From Octopus vulgaris (Eukaryota), in assembly GCA_951406725.2 (NCBI GenBank), contig OX597822.1:94736001-94800000 (forward strand): DNA of 64,000 bases, in the 5' to 3' direction. This document shows, one piece after another, positions 1 to 14,379 of this stretch (positions within the stretch are counted from its first letter, which is position 1; each line of letters starts with the position of its first letter). Below the pieces are notes generated by a model that had not been told where the DNA came from, did no database searches, and was given only the letters and a program-made list of their open reading frames with translations. Made by a program: the position numbers and the translations under genes.

Positions 1-44
1 TTGGTTGTTCATGATGACATTTATAATTCCTTTGACTGCAGCTA

Positions 45-385
45 TGAAATATAGCAGTGAACAAATATAAAATATATATATATATATATCAGTGAACAAC
101 TACAAATATACCAATGAATAAAAATACAGTATATCAGTGAACAACTTGAAATATTTGCCAGTGAGCGACAAAATGTACTAGTGAACAAAAATACAATGTG
201 GTAGTGAGCAAAAATAAAATACATCAACGGATGACTATAAAATGTAGCAGTGAACACAATATATACAACGTACACCAGTAAACAGCAATGAAAAATATTT
301 TTGAACAGAAATACAATATCGCAAAACGCAATTTGAAATATATAGCAGATAGCAACTGTATATCAGTGAACAAATATAACGTATA
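45..385. repeat. Degenerate ~21-bp minisatellite (cagtgaacaa..aaatata)
   Basis: Resumes at 808-850 and 1810-1950 after intervening insertions. Confidence 0.65.
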
Positions 386-393
386 CTCTACAC

Positions 394-807
394 TTTTACT
401 TTTACACTTTTACTTGTTTCAGTCATTTGACTGTGGCCATACTGGAACACCGCCTTTTAATCGAGCAACTCGACCCCGGGACTTATTCTTTGTAAGCCCA
501 GTACTTATTTTATCAGTCTCTTTTGCCGAACCACTAAGTGACGGAGACATAAACACACCAGCATCGGTTGTCAAGCAATACTAAGGGGACAAACACAGAC
601 ACACAAACATACACGCACACATATACATACACATATATACATATATACGACAGGTTTCTTTCAGTTTCCGTCTACCAAATCCACTCACAAGGCTTTGGTC
701 GGCCCGAGGCTATAGTAGAAGACACTTGCCCAAGGTGCCATGCAGTGGGACTGAACCCGGAACCATGTGGTTGGTAAGCTACTTAACACACATCCACTCC
801 TGCGCTT
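394..807 (-). mobile_element. tRNA-derived SINE family A (internal microsatellite, AAAAGAGT tail)
   Basis: Head ggcgcaggagtggctgtgtggtaag..ggttcagtccc. Copies: 3509-3931+, 5295-5692-, 9571-9994-, 18879-19512+, 20548-20953-, 25110-25547-, 29943-30335+, 31948-32358-, 32582-33014+, 41229-41635+. Confidence 0.9.
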
Positions 808-3673
808 ATACTAATGAACAACTTGAAATACATAGTAGTGAACAATATGAATTAGCAAAACTGTTTGTTGGAGGCTTGCAGAAGATGTCTTGTGGTGTCT
901 GTCCTGGCTCTTTGTATTCTGACAGCAATGCTTGTAACGACGCTGATGCCAAGCTGTATTGGCCCAAAGACTGGATAAACATCAGTATCATGGAGGGGTG
1001 TGGTACGTTTTGGCTCAGCTCTTTTGGCACCATCTGTTTGGCATTGCTGATATAATACTGACTCATTTGACATCATATGTTTTATCCTCAGGTCCTGTTG
1101 GCACTGTGAAAATTTTGTTTTAATTCTAGTTGACAACAAACTAGTAATCATAATTACTAAACTTAATTTAGCTTTCTGCTTCACTTTAGGAATATGATGG
1201 CTGGTGAAATATTGAAGAAATGTGGAGAAGAGAAATTTTTTCTCACAATGGATTTCTAAACATCTTTGACAAAGTAGAACTGACAATGAATTTAAATTTT
1301 GGCTCTGTGAGAAAAAAAATCAGGGAGAGAAAGAGAGAGAGAGAGAGAAATATTGAGATGTTTTAAATGATCCTGAATGTTACAAATCTGAGGGGACTTG
1401 TTTGCAGCAATCAAGATCATTTAATACCTTTTATTGTTACCCCTCTTCTCTCTCTCTCTCTCTCCTCTCTCTCCTTGTTTATATATGTGAGCATATTTAG
1501 CTTTTTATGTATGAGGAGAGGGAAAGTTTTTTTTTTATGATAATCAGATTCAATTAATAAATAGTAAAGTCTCTCTCTCTCTCTCTCTCCACCTGTGTGT
1601 TTTTGCTTCCAGTGCCAAAAATTACAGTTGCCAAAACAGGTTCAATGTCCAGTCAGTCATACCAAAGAACCATGCCCAATCGTCGCATTCCAGCCACGGG
1701 GGAGAGATTTGGAAGCATAAGCAACTGCTAGTCTTCGTCAAAAAGTCTTGCCTAGGCCTGCACCTACCTGAGTAGAAGTATGGCCAACATTTATTGATAG
1801 AGACCCTATTGAACAACAATTAAAATAAATAGCAGTGAACAACAATTAAAATATACAACAACGAACAAACGTAAAGTATACTAGTGAACAGCAAATAACT
1901 ATACTTGTGAATGTCAATAAAATACATACGGCAGGCAGCAACTTGAAATATTGCTTTACGCAAACTGCTTTTCGTTAACGAGGTGTTGCCTTTTATGACT
2001 CAGCATTCACTCATTTATTTCATCAATGCAATTAAAAACCGTACGAAACATCACAGCTGATACGTCACCTTGCTGCACTGAAAAAGATGTTGTATATTTA
2101 GCTATATAACGTGTAAAGTTTCTCTCCTGTACAGTTTTTCTTGATAGTCAGTAGATGGGCGAACAATTTTGCAACCTGTTATCAGATATGACTCACTCGT
2201 ATACAACAACGATAATGATAATGACAGTAATAATGATGATTATGATAATAATAATAGTTATTATTATTATTATTATAACTAGAAGAATTAAGTGGGAGTT
2301 GGCAGGTAAATCCAAAAAGTGTTCTTCTACTTATGGTAGATTGCTAAGAAAATGCTTAAAATGATGTTAACTCAACAAATGAATAATATTACCACATTTT
2401 CTGTTTGGTGTCGGGTGCATTGCTGTACTCAAGGAGACCTACCCCACTGCAATAGAATTGAGATCCTGAAACCAAGATGCCACATAAAAAGCATTGGTAT
2501 GGGTGCTGGTGCCACTTAAAAAGCACTGGTGATGGTGCCACATAAAAAAAGCATCCAGTACACTCTGGAGTAGTTGGTGTTAGTAAGGATATCCAGCTGT
2601 AGAAACCAAGCCAAAACAGACTATGGAACCGGGTGCAGCGCCTGGCTTTGCCAGTTCTTGTCAAGGCGTCCAACTCATGCCAGCATGGAAAACGGATGTT
2701 AAATGTTTGTGATGATAATGATATTCTTTTCTACTATAGGCACAAGGCCTGAAATTTTTTGTGGGGAAGCCAGTCAATTAGATTGACCCCAGTACATAAC
2801 TGGTACTTAATTTATCTAGGATGGAAGGCAAAGTCAACTTCGGCGGAAATTGAACTCAGAACATAACGGCAGACGAAATACCTATTTCTTTAATACCACA
2901 TGGGGCTAAACGCAGAGGGGACAAACAAGGACAGACTAACGGATTAAGTCAATTATATCGACCCCAGTGTGTAACTGGTACTTAATTTATCGACCCCGAA
3001 AGGATGAAAGGCAAAGTCGACCTCGGCGGAATTTGAACTCAGAACGTAATGGCAGACGAAATACCACTAAACATTTCGTCCAGTGTGCTAACGTTTCTGC
3101 CAGCTCGCCGCTGATTTCAGTTTGGTGTATAATAAATGATATTTGGGACTATTGGCATATGAGTGACACCATTAGTTCAGTGCTGATAGACCGGGTAACA
3201 AAACAAACACCTCCAACTTTAACTCTTTGATACTACTCCGCCCTAGACCACTTCTTAGTTCTGTGATATAAATTTCTTGTTCCAAAGTGATTTAAATTAA
3301 AGCCTTCTTTTAAAATTCCATGCTAATTTATGTTACCAAACACCAACTTAATAAGGATTAAGTTGTTTTCAACTAAATTCTTCATTTGAACTCAGAACAT
3401 AACCACAGATGAAATACCTATTTCTTTACTACCCACAAGGGGCTAAACACAGAGAGGACAAACAAGGACAGACAAACGGATTAAGTTGATTACATACACA
3501 TACACATAGGTGCAGGAGTGGCTGTGTGGTAAGTAGCTTGTTTACCAACCATATGGTTCCGGGTTCAGTCCCACTGCGTGGCACCTTGGGCAAGTGTCTT
3601 CTACTATAGTCTCGGGCCAACCAATGCCTTGTGAGTGGATTTGGTAGATGGAAACTGAAAGAAGCCCGTCGTA

Positions 3674-3723
<50 letters not shown>

Positions 3724-4971
3724 TGTGTGTGTTTGTATGTCTATGTCCCCCTAGCATTGCTTGACAACCGATGCTGGTGTGTTTATGTCCCCGTTACTTA
3801 GCGGTTCGGCAAAAGAGACCGATAGAATAAGTACTGGGCTTACAAAAAGAATAAGTCCTGGGGTCGAGTTGCTCGACTAAAGGCGGTGCTCCAGCATGGC
3901 CGCAGTCAAATGACTGAAACAAGTAAAAGAGTATACATATGTGTGTGTTAATTGTTATCAAGCATCATCGTAGTAATGATGCTGTTTGCGTTCAAAGATC
4001 CAGGGGGTTTATTACATTGCTTGGAAACGGGTGATGATCAGTAACAAAGAAAAGCATCCACCTGTAGAGAATCTGCCTCGGTGAGTATCATCTGACAGAC
4101 TCTTGCTAGCATAGAAAGATGATGATGATGATGATGATGATGATGAAAACAATAAGGATGGCTAAAAGAAATGAGAATACAACAGGAAGCCTGTCTCATC
4201 CAGTCAGTTCATTAAAAGGCAATAAGATATACTAGTTTGCTATGGTTTGAAAAAAAAAAAAAAAAAAAGGATTTGATTTTCAGAAATTGACTCTCATAAG
4301 AGATCGATATTTTGTAATTTTTTTTATGGTTGTCTTCTCCATAAAATATTTATGCAATTATTGTAACAAGCTGTCGTTCTTGTTTGGTTGTAATCTCAGC
4401 AGTGTGTATTATTACAGTTGTCTCCCTTGCTTTTGGATTTTGTTGCTGTGGTTTTATAAAAAAAAAAACTCAACACAAGTTGTCAAGCAGTGGTTCAGTT
4501 TTGTCTGCCAAATCCACTCACAAAGTTTTAGTAGAAACTCTTGTCCGATGGTACCACATGGAAGGACCGAACCTGCAACTATGTGGTTGCAAAATTCACT
4601 TCTTAACCACACAGTCACACCTGTGCCTAAATATATATATATATATATATATCACGTGATCATGTGACCGACCAGGCTATCAGATGTTGCTACACATTGC
4701 TGGTCACAATGCGCTTGCATTGTTTTATCCTTCAAATGACGCCACCCCGCTGGCTAAGTGAGCAGGTCAACAGAAGAAAGAGTGAGAGAAAGTTGCGGCG
4801 AAAGAGTACAGCAGGAATCGCCGCCACCCCCTGCGGGAGCCTCGTGGAGATTTTGGTGTTTTCGCTCAATAAACACTCACAATGCCTGGTCTGGGAATCG
4901 AAACCACGATCCCACAACTGCAAGTCCGCTGCCCTAACCACTGGGCCATTGCGCCTCCATACATATATATA

Positions 4972-5165
4972 TAACGGGAAGCTTTATGAAAATAAACAAA
5001 AGACGAAGGCAGGTGGAAAACAAACGAACAATTGTATTAGTATGGCGCTCAGGAAATATAAATAAAACAAGTCTTTAACGTTTCGAGCCTACGCTCTTCA
5101 ACAGAAAGATACACAGAGAGAAAACAAACACAGAAAGAAGGAGAGAAAAAAATGCAGTAACTAAT
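4972..5165 (-). mobile_element. Short hammerhead-bearing PLE-pLTR/retrozyme-like element in (TA)n
   Basis: Related copies at ~35975-36140 (+) and ~51200-51560 (-, two adjacent); no ORF; flanked by (TA)n. Confidence 0.5.
5072..5109 (-). ncRNA. Minimal hammerhead-like motif with variant core
   Basis: Minus strand tcttt-CTGTTGA-a-gagc(gtag)gctc-GAA-ACGT-T-aaaga; A6 replaced by U. Confidence 0.55.
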
Positions 5166-5252
5166 GAATCATATATATATATATATATAATGTGAAAAAC
5201 GTGTCGAATGAAATAAAACGATATCTGTGTTAGCTCCATTTCTTCAATTCAC

Positions 5253-5297
<45 letters not shown>

Positions 5298-5690
5298 TTT
5301 ACTTGTTTCAGTCATTTGACTGCGGCCATGCTGGAGCACCGCCTTTAATCAAGCAACTCGACCCCAGAACTTATTCTTTGTAAGCCCGGTACTTATTCTA
5401 TCGGTCTCTTTTGCCGAACCGCTAAGTGACGGAGACATAAACACACCGCATCGGTTGTCAAGCAATGCTAGGGCGACAAACACAGACACACAAACATACA
5501 CACACCACATATATATATATACACATATACGACGGGCTTCTTTCAGTTTCCGTCTACCAAATCCACTCACAAGGCTTTGGTCGGCCCGGGGCTATAGCAG
5601 AAGACACTTGCCCAAGGTGCCACACAGTGGGACTGAACCCGGAACCATGTGGTTGGTAAGCAAGCTACTTACCACACAGCCACTCCTGCA

Positions 5691-5734
<44 letters not shown>

Positions 5735-6177
5735 TATATACATAATACATAATTTATCCTATTATTACATGTCAGCATTCATTTTATGTCCATTTTTCTC
5801 ATGGTATCATGGATTAGGTGAAACATTGTCGAGGTTTTTTTCATTCTACTTGTCATCAAAATTGAAGAACTGCTGACAGCCTGGTGATGGAGAAATGATA
5901 ATAGACAACACTGTCTGTAGGACAGTGATCTCAATATTCACATATGCACATGCATGCGCACACATAATGTGCATGTGCATGCACACTTGTATTTGCAATG
6001 GACTTTATACACTTTACTTCTACCAAATTCACTCCCAAATCATTGGTCGAGCCAGGGCTATAGAAGGCACTCATCCAAAGTACTGTGCTGTAGGACCGAA
6101 TCTGAAAGTGCGTGTCTCATTTCATATTATATTCTTTTACAGCCAACGTTTACACGCACACACACACACACACACTA

Positions 6178-6737
6178 CATCATCATCATCATCATCATCA
6201 TCGTTTAGCGTCCGCTCTCCATGCTAGCATGGGTTGGACGGTTCAACTGGGGTCTGGGAAACCAGAAGGCTGCACCAGGCCCAGTCTGATCTGGCAATGT
6301 TTCTACGGCTGGTGCCCTTCCTAACGCCAACCACTCCGTGAGTGTAGTGGGTGCTTTTTACGTGCCACGGTGCCAGACGAGTCTGGCAAACGGCCACGAT
6401 CGGATGGTGCTTTTTATGTGCCACCGGCACGGGGGCTGGGCTAGGCTGGCAACAGCCACGAACGGATGGTGCTTTTTACGTGTCACTGGCACGAGGCCAG
6501 TCGGGGCGGCACTGGCAACGGCCACGTTCGGATGGTTCTCTTACGTGCCACCGGCACTGGTATCTCAGCTGCAATTTCCATTGATCGATTTCAATTCTGA
6601 TTCTCACTTGCCTCAACAGGTCTTCATAAGTAGAGTTTTGTGTCCCAAGAAGGGAAGGTATGCATAAGTGGACTGGCTACATCCCGTGTAGAAGGGCACG
6701 GGTTATGGTCTCACTTGTCCTGCCGGGTCTTCTCACT
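6178..6737 (-). mobile_element. SINE-like family C with (GAT)n tail and internal ~60-bp hairpin array
   Basis: 3' end aacccatgctagcatgga..cggacgctaaacgatgatgat. Copies: 6897-7172+, 10485-11032+, 21068-21609-, 22848-23196-, 34380-34865-, 43454-43979+, 51683-52006-, 55326-55660-. Confidence 0.85.
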
Positions 6738-7947
6738 CACATATATTTTATTAAAAAGGCGGCGAGCTGGCAGAAACGTTAGTTCGCCGGGCGAAATGCT
6801 TAGCGGTATTTCGTCTGTCGTTACGTTGTGAGTTCAAGTTCCGCCAAGGTCGACTTTGCCTTTCATCCTTTCGGGGTCGATAAATTAAGTACCAGTTGCC
6901 AGCCTCGCCTGGCCCTCGTGCCGGTGGCACATAAAAAGCACCATCCGTTCGTGGCCGTTTGCCAGCTCTGTCTGGCACCAGTGCGGGTGGCACGTAAAAA
7001 GCACCCACTACACTCACGGAGTGGTTGGCGTTAGGAAGGGCATCCAGCCGTAGAAACACTGCCAGATTTGACTGGGCCTGATGAAGCCTTCTGGCTTCAC
7101 AGACCCCAGTAGAACCGTCCAACCCATGCTAGCATGGAAAACGGACGCTAAACGATGATGATGATGATGATGATTACCCACTGGGGTTGATGTAATCGAC
7201 TTAATCCCTTTGTCTGTCCTTGTTTGTCCCCTCTATGTTTAGCCCCTTGTGGGTAGTAAAGAAATATATATTTTATTACAATCATTAAATATTATCCTCC
7301 CATCTCAAGTAAAATAATAAAGAAGTTATTAAGCAGAAGATAATAGTACTTTCAATTTTATTTGGATGGTTGATCGCTGAAGTAATATCAACATATACTA
7401 ATGAAAATATATAAATAATCATCACATAAATAATTTATTGTATCAGGAAATAACAAGAGCAGTTTGCTACAGTCCGTCTTCCTTTCCTCTTCATTTTGAT
7501 GTGGTCCTATCAGCTCTTCATCCATTCTCCATATTACCACACTCTTGTTTCCTTACTGCCGCCACAGCCGTTATTAGTCCTAACCATTTACTCTTCATCC
7601 ATCACCATTGTCGTTCACCTCCGTCCTCCTCTTCACTTCTTCTGTCAATAACCTTTTGTTGTTTGTATACAGTCCAACTCTATATGCCACCCTTCATCCA
7701 TCCATTCACTGTATTTTCAAAGCTGTTGCTGTTTGCCAGAATATATCCGTCCGTCCGTTGTGAATGAATTTCATCCCAGAGAAGAAGGAAGGAGGAAAAA
7801 AAAAAAAATAAAATAATCAAAAAAATAATCAATCATACAATATTATATGTCCAGCTATTTATGAATGAGTTCTTTGGTTATTTTGAAAACCAGTTTGACT
7901 AGTTTCTCCCCACCCCACTCGCACCCACCCACCCATCCACCCACTCA

Positions 7948-8530
7948 CATATATATATATATATATACATGCACATATATATATGTACATATATATATAT
8001 ATATATATAAATATATATACATTTACATATATATATGTACATATATATACATATATATATGTACATATATATATATATATGTATGTATATATATATGTAC
8101 ATATATATATGTATATATATATGTGTATATATATATATATATATATGTATGTATATATATATGTACATATATATATGTATATATATATATGTACATATAT
8201 ATAATATATATATGTACATATATATATATATATATGTACATATATATATATATATATGTACATATATATATATATATGTACATATATATATATATGTACA
8301 TATATATATATATATGTACATATATATATATATATATATGTACATATATATATATATATGTACATATATATATATATATATATGTACATATATATATATA
8401 TGTACTTATATATATGTATATATATATGTACATACACACACATGTATATATGTATATCTACGTACATATATATATATGTATATGTATGTATGTAAATATA
8501 TTTATCCACATACACACGCACGCACGCACA
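7948..8530. repeat. Long compound (TA)n/GTAC microsatellite
   Basis: Direct reading; source of the Y/I-rich ORFs. Confidence 0.95.
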
Positions 8531-9007
8531 TATTCCATCACTTATGTGTAATATGACGGTGACAAACAATGACGGTGATGATGATAAATTCATTTGGAGT
8601 AATGAGAGCACTTCAGTCTCTGTTACTAAACTTAACAAATATGTTCACATACAATATTTGTCTGCTAAAGACAAGTCAGCTTCAATCATGTTTGCAGGCC
8701 ACTTATCAGATGGCATGAGGCCAAGGACCTCTATGGATATACGTGTTGCCCATCTTTGTTGTAATTTAGCTGGGTGGTCAGAAACTTTAATTTTTTTTTC
8801 TTTCTTTCTTTCTTTCTTTTCCTTTTGTTTTTTTTGTTTTTAATGCCTTGTCAAGATTCCAGTGCTTATTACTACATCATTTACTGGAATCTAATTTAAA
8901 TTATTGATGCATGTGTTTCGTGTTTAAAATGTGTGTGTGTGTGTGTGTGTGTGCCTTGCAGAGCAGATCTTTTCATACACACGCACACACACACACGCAC
9001 GCACGCG

Positions 9008-9044
<37 letters not shown>

Positions 9045-10057
9045 TGTTGGTTTCTTTATATCATAAAGTTGTTCTGCTGTGGATTTCTCCTCTACTCTAC
9101 AATTATTTCCTTCTCTGATTCTTCAAATCATCTGGTATGTCTTTTTTTCTACTCCTGCTCCTGTTACCTTCTATTCTCACAAGAGAACATCTGCATCTCA
9201 GGATAGGATACTGTTCTTTGACTATGTTTTTCTAACAGAACAGGGGGGGGGGGGTTGACTTTGCGTTATAACCCTATTTGGAAACTGAGAATAGATTGCA
9301 TGAGTAAATCGAATTTCTAAACATCTACGAGTTCCATCCACATTGCATTCTATACACTTTTGTCGATTTTTTTTCTCCCATTTTACCAACAACTTGCCTG
9401 AAATTCTGATTCTCTAATACAAAACCTATAATTTTAAAGCACTCGTATTCGGATTACAACCTTTCTTCATCTTTTTTGTTTTTTATTTGGTAAGAACCTT
9501 CTGTTAAGTTTGAAACACTGGATTAATAATGCAGAATTATTTTACTAAATCCCTCCAAATTCTTGATTATTCTTTTCTTTTATTTTCTTACTTGTTTCAG
9601 TCATTTGACTGCGGCCATGCTGGAGCACTGGCTTTTAGTCGAGCAAATCGACCCCAGGACTTATTCTTTGTAAGCCTAGTACTTATTCTATCGGATCTCT
9701 TTTGCCGAACCGCTAAGTTACGGGGACGTAAACACACCAGCATCGGTTGTCAAGCGATGTTGGGGGGACAAACACAGACACACAAACATATACATACATA
9801 TATATACCTATCTATCTATATATATATATATCGACGGGCTTCTTTCAGTTTCCATCTGCCAAATCCATTCACAAAGCTTTGGTCGGTCCGAGGTTATAGT
9901 AGAAGACACTTGCCCAAGGTGCCACACAGTGGGACTGAACCTGGAACCATGTGGTTGGTAAGCAAGCTACTTACCTTACAGCCACTCCTGTGCCTATCTG
10001 GAAAAAATGTAATTGAAGTATGTTATATTGAATTTTATTAGAAATGCTTCTGAAATA

Positions 10058-10134
10058 CTGGGTGTCCATAAATTATCTTTACATTTTCCACACTTCCAGT
10101 CTTCAAATCGCAAAAGTAATTTATGGACTCCTTG
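10058..10134. mobile_element. Tiny Tc1/mariner-type MITE
   Basis: TA-ctgggtgtccataaatta ... taatttatggactccttg-TA. Confidence 0.55.
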
Positions 10135-12419
10135 TATTATTCAAAACAGTTATGTATAGCTTTAGACTATAAATAGATTGTTGTTTTTTTTAATCAAATA
10201 TTCTTTCTGAATGATTTTGATAGCAATGTAACCAAACCATGAACATCTACCTGGTAGCCTGATAGATATAGCAACCAAATCTCCCACAAATTACATTCTA
10301 TTATCCTTAAAGAGAAGGAAGGCCTACCAGATAATGTATTCTGAGATAAACTATGTCTGAAAAAGACAGGATAGTCGTGGTTAGAATGTCTTTTGTTGTA
10401 AATGTTTTTGATCAGGGCTGACCTACAGCTAAACACCAACCATTAACAACTGCACAGATGACTTTATTATTAAAATCAAATTCGCTGACTGGCATCTGTG
10501 CTAGCGGAGTGCAAAGAGCACCATACGAGTGCGATTGTTAGACAGAGCGGCTAACCGGCTTCCATGCCAATGGCACATAAAAGGGCAACATTCGAGTGTG
10601 ATCGTTACCAGCATCACCTTACTGGCACTTGTGCCTGTGCTAGTACAGTGCCAAGAGCACCATCCAAGCGTGATCGTTGCCAGAGCAGCCAACTGGGTTC
10701 CGTTCCGGTGGCACGTACAAGGGCACCATTCGAGCGTGATTGTTACCAACGTCACCTTACTGGCACCTGTGCCGGTGGCATGTGTAAAAAAATTCGAGCG
10801 AGATCATTGCCAGTACAGCCTGACTGGCCCCCATGTCAGTGGCACGTAAAAAGCACCCACTACACTCTTGGAGTGGTTGGCATTAGGAAGGGCATCCAGC
10901 TGTAGAAACTCTGCCAGATCAAGATTGGAGCCTGGTGCAGCCATCTGGCTCGCCAGCCCTCAGTCAAAATCATCCAACCCATGCTAGCATTGAAAGCGGA
11001 CATTAAACAATGATGATGATGATAATGATGATCAATTTCTTTCTGATCAAGAAATGGAAGTACTTCCTTTTCCCAAGAACCTCTGAAACCTGAAGGGAAG
11101 AGGTTCTAACTAAAAACAAATTTAGTTTAGGTTCCAAATTTCATTTCATTTGATGCTGCATTGTACAGTAGTGATCTATATAAACATAGAAAGCGAATTC
11201 AGACAATATTCTAGGAGTTGTTATGAGAATTAGATGCATAATAACAGAGTTATTAAAGAGCTATATACAGTTTATTAGTCGATACAAATGACAAAGTAGC
11301 CAATAAAGAACAGTGAAGCTCTTAGTACAAAACAACATCATAGAGTGCTAATGGCATAATGAAGTGCATCCAGTACATTTTATGAAGAGGTGGATAAGTT
11401 GAATACGTGACAACTTCTATATACCGATACCACAGAACGATGCACCCAGTACATTCTTTAAATTGGTTGGTGTTTGGAAGGACATCCGGTCATAGAAGCT
11501 ATACCAAAAGGAAATTGGATTGGTGAGGTGTGGTCTCTTGACCTCATCTAGAAGGGCAGTAACTATTAGCAAAACTGATTCATACCATGATGGTCTATTC
11601 CATGCCAGTATGGAAAGTGGATGTAAAATGATAATAATGATTATAGGCGAGCTGGCAGAAACTTTAGTGCGCCGAGCGAAATGCTTAGCGATATTTCGTC
11701 TGTCATTACTTTCTGAGTTCAAATTCTGCCGAGGTCGACTTTGCCTTTCATCCTTTCAGGGTCGATAAATAAAGTACCAGTTTCACACTGGGGTCGATGT
11801 AATCGACTTAATCCGTTTGTCTTTCCTTGTTTGTCCCTTCTGTGTTTAGCCCCTTGTGGGTAGTAAAGAAATATATGTCTGCTTCAGCCAGGTTAAAAGT
11901 TGATTTATCATTCTGGTTTCAAAGTTTTTATAATTTATCATAGAAGACTATTTGGTTGTTGTGGCATATTTTTTTCTGTAAATATGCAAATTTACAGAAT
12001 CATTCAGCCCTAGCTACGATTGAAAAGTAGTTGCAGTAATGTTTAAAACAAATTTAGATAGAACTATATCACAGAACATGTGATAGTGGACACATGGGCA
12101 CTGAGCTGTATCAGAGAACATGTTGTGTAGACAAGTAGACACTGAGCTGCATCGTTCAGAACTGTGTCAAGGAAATGATACATCATTGGTTTTGATGAGG
12201 TGTTGATTTTTAGAATGATATTGTAGGGTTAGTGTGAGAGACCAGATCTGGCCAGTTTGAACATAAATCAGGTAGACTACTTTGGATGGATATGGTCGGT
12301 TTAAATGCAAGTGGGTTAAACTGTCATGCCAAAACTAACAGTGCCATACAGAATTAGAATCATAAGACATCATAACATCACATAGAGCTGTGTTACTTGG
12401 ATCTTATCAAACAAAGCAG

Positions 12420-12985
12420 CCATATTCCTACCGCTCTATGTCACGCTGGTGAGACCCATATTGGAGTACGGGATTCAAGCTTCTTCTCCTTATCTCCTCA
12501 AAGACATACAGCATCTCGAAAGAGTCCAGAAGCTGGCTACCTGCATGGATCTTGGTCTCAGGAATTTGTCTTATGAAGAAAGGCTGAAGACGCTCGACCT
12601 TTATTCTCTAGAAAAACGACGACGCCGTGGTGATCTCATTCTTGATCACAACATCATAAGCGGAAAGTGTAACCTCTCAAAAGAGCTGTTCTTCACTCCT
12701 GCTCCAGAGCGTCGGCTGCGGGGTCATTCCGAAAAGCTCTATCTGCGACGATTTCATCTCAATCGAAGGAGAGGGGCTTTCTCCGTCCGGGTTGCGGATC
12801 CGTGGAATAAGCTGCCGGACGAGATGGTGAAGATGCCGACGACTGCTCGGTTCAAAGTCTCCCTTGACCACAAGTGGCCTGAACTCTTTACATGAACACC
12901 ACCCTGTACATAACTCCATGTCCCCCTACATGGCCTTGCTTTTTGCTTTTTGAGCCAAAAAATTAACTACCTAACTGACTAAACT
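12420..12985 (+). mobile_element. CR1-clade LINE 3' fragment
   Basis: RPILEY..SPYLLKDIQHLERVQK..LSYEERLK.L.LYSL..RRRGDLI..RGH..FSVRV..WNKLP; (CTAA)-like tail. Confidence 0.9.
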
Positions 12986-13235
12986 GATGAAACAAGAATA
13001 CCTCTGGTGATAGATAAGAACACTCAGCATATTCTCTCAAATTATATGCTTATTTATAATTCTCTCAAATTTAATACTTATTTATTCACTTTGTTTTGAA
13101 TTAATCATGCGTTATCTCATAGCTTTGAGATTTCAATTATGTGACTGTGTATCTTTAGAATGACATTGTAGGGTAGGTGCGAGAGGCTGGATCTGGCCAG
13201 TTTGAACATAAAACAGCCAGATATGGCTGGTTTAA

Positions 13236-13454
13236 CTCTTTAGCATTCAAATTTCTCTATGAAATGTAATGCTTATTCATTCACATTGTTTTGAATTAAT
13301 CATGCATTATTTCATAACTTCAAGATTTTAACAATGTGATTGCTCATTTTTAGAGTGACATTGTAGGGTAGCTGCAAAAGGTGGAATCTAGCTAGTTTCA
13401 ACATAAAACAAGCAGAATATTTGAGCCAGATATGGCCAGTATAAATACTAAGGG
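13236..13454. mobile_element. piggyBac-like MITE nested in a copy of the same family (13075-13472); related piece at 12200-12318
   Basis: ttaa-ctctttagcatt...aaatactaaggg-ttga; shared core gacattgtagggtag..atct.gc.agttt.aacataaa. Confidence 0.4.
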
Positions 13455-14339
13455 TTGAATGCTAAAATATTAATGTAAGATATTCCATTGATCTGAATTG
13501 GTAAGCAACAATAAAATTAAGAAATTATGTTGAAGACATTTTGGATTTGGACTTTAAAATTTGGGTTGTAATCATCTATTAGAATTCATTGATCTGATTT
13601 TGCATTTTTGAATCCTGAAATTGAAGATCTAAATTCACTTTCTTAAATTTTTAAGTCTTGCGAAATTTTTGGCATTACTGGAAATGAAGAAATGTGTAGA
13701 TACTTGTTGACTAATTAGAATTTTATTATCTTGTTTTTCTAGTTCTCTTTAGTATTTATGTGTCCCATGAGACTATTCTGGAAACCTGATGTAAAATCTT
13801 TGTAAGATCATAAATTGTCATTTTTATTTTTATTTTTAACAATGGGAGTAGAGTAGCAGAATAGTTAGAGCATTGAAAAACAAAATACCATTCTTATATT
13901 TGTTCCAACTCTCTTTATATGCTGGGTTCAAGCCCAACCAAATTCAACTTTACATTTCAACCATTTGGAGGTTGATAAAGTATAGAAAGAGTCAAACACA
14001 GGGGTTGATATTATTGACTGCTCCCCTCTCCTACCAAATTAGAAACAATTACTTTTGTTTGTTGTTGTTGTTGTTGTTGTCATCGTCGTCGTCTTCTTCT
14101 TCTTCTTCTTCTTCTTGCTGTTGCTGTGGTTATTAAGGCAATGAACTGACAGACTCATTAGCATGCCAGACAAAATGCACAACAGCATTTCTCCTAGCTT
14201 TCATCCCTTTTAGGGGGTTGATGAAGTCAACACCTGTTGAGTACTGGGGTCAATGTAATCAACTTAACCCTTCCTAAAATTGCTGGCCCTGTGACTAAAT
14301 TAGAAAGAATTATTGTTATTGAGTAAGAGAGCAGTGCAT

Positions 14340-14379
<40 letters not shown>

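Noticed and set aside
852-1790. 144-aa minus-strand ORF and splice-like sites
   Set aside because: No recognisable domain; plus-strand pieces (QQCL*RR, IWKHKQL) look more like very decayed RTE LINE.
2078-2146. KRCCIFSYITCKVSLLYS, reminiscent of the TSPAN15 N-terminus
   Set aside because: Bracketed by in-frame TGA stops, no ATG and no phase-0 donor in that frame.
7859-8638. Long Y/I/C-rich ORFs (also 52992-53684 and 61016-61781)
   Set aside because: Translations of TA/CA/TG microsatellites.
9041-9495. Hydrophobic stretches ending at GT donors (~9135 and ~9490) as candidate exon 1
   Set aside because: No credible start; an in-frame TAA precedes the 9490 candidate, and the other derives from a microsatellite ORF.
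12984-12993. CTGATGAAAC (and CTGATGAAG at ~7078) as hammerheads
   Set aside because: No stem II with GAAA, or no stem I pairing.
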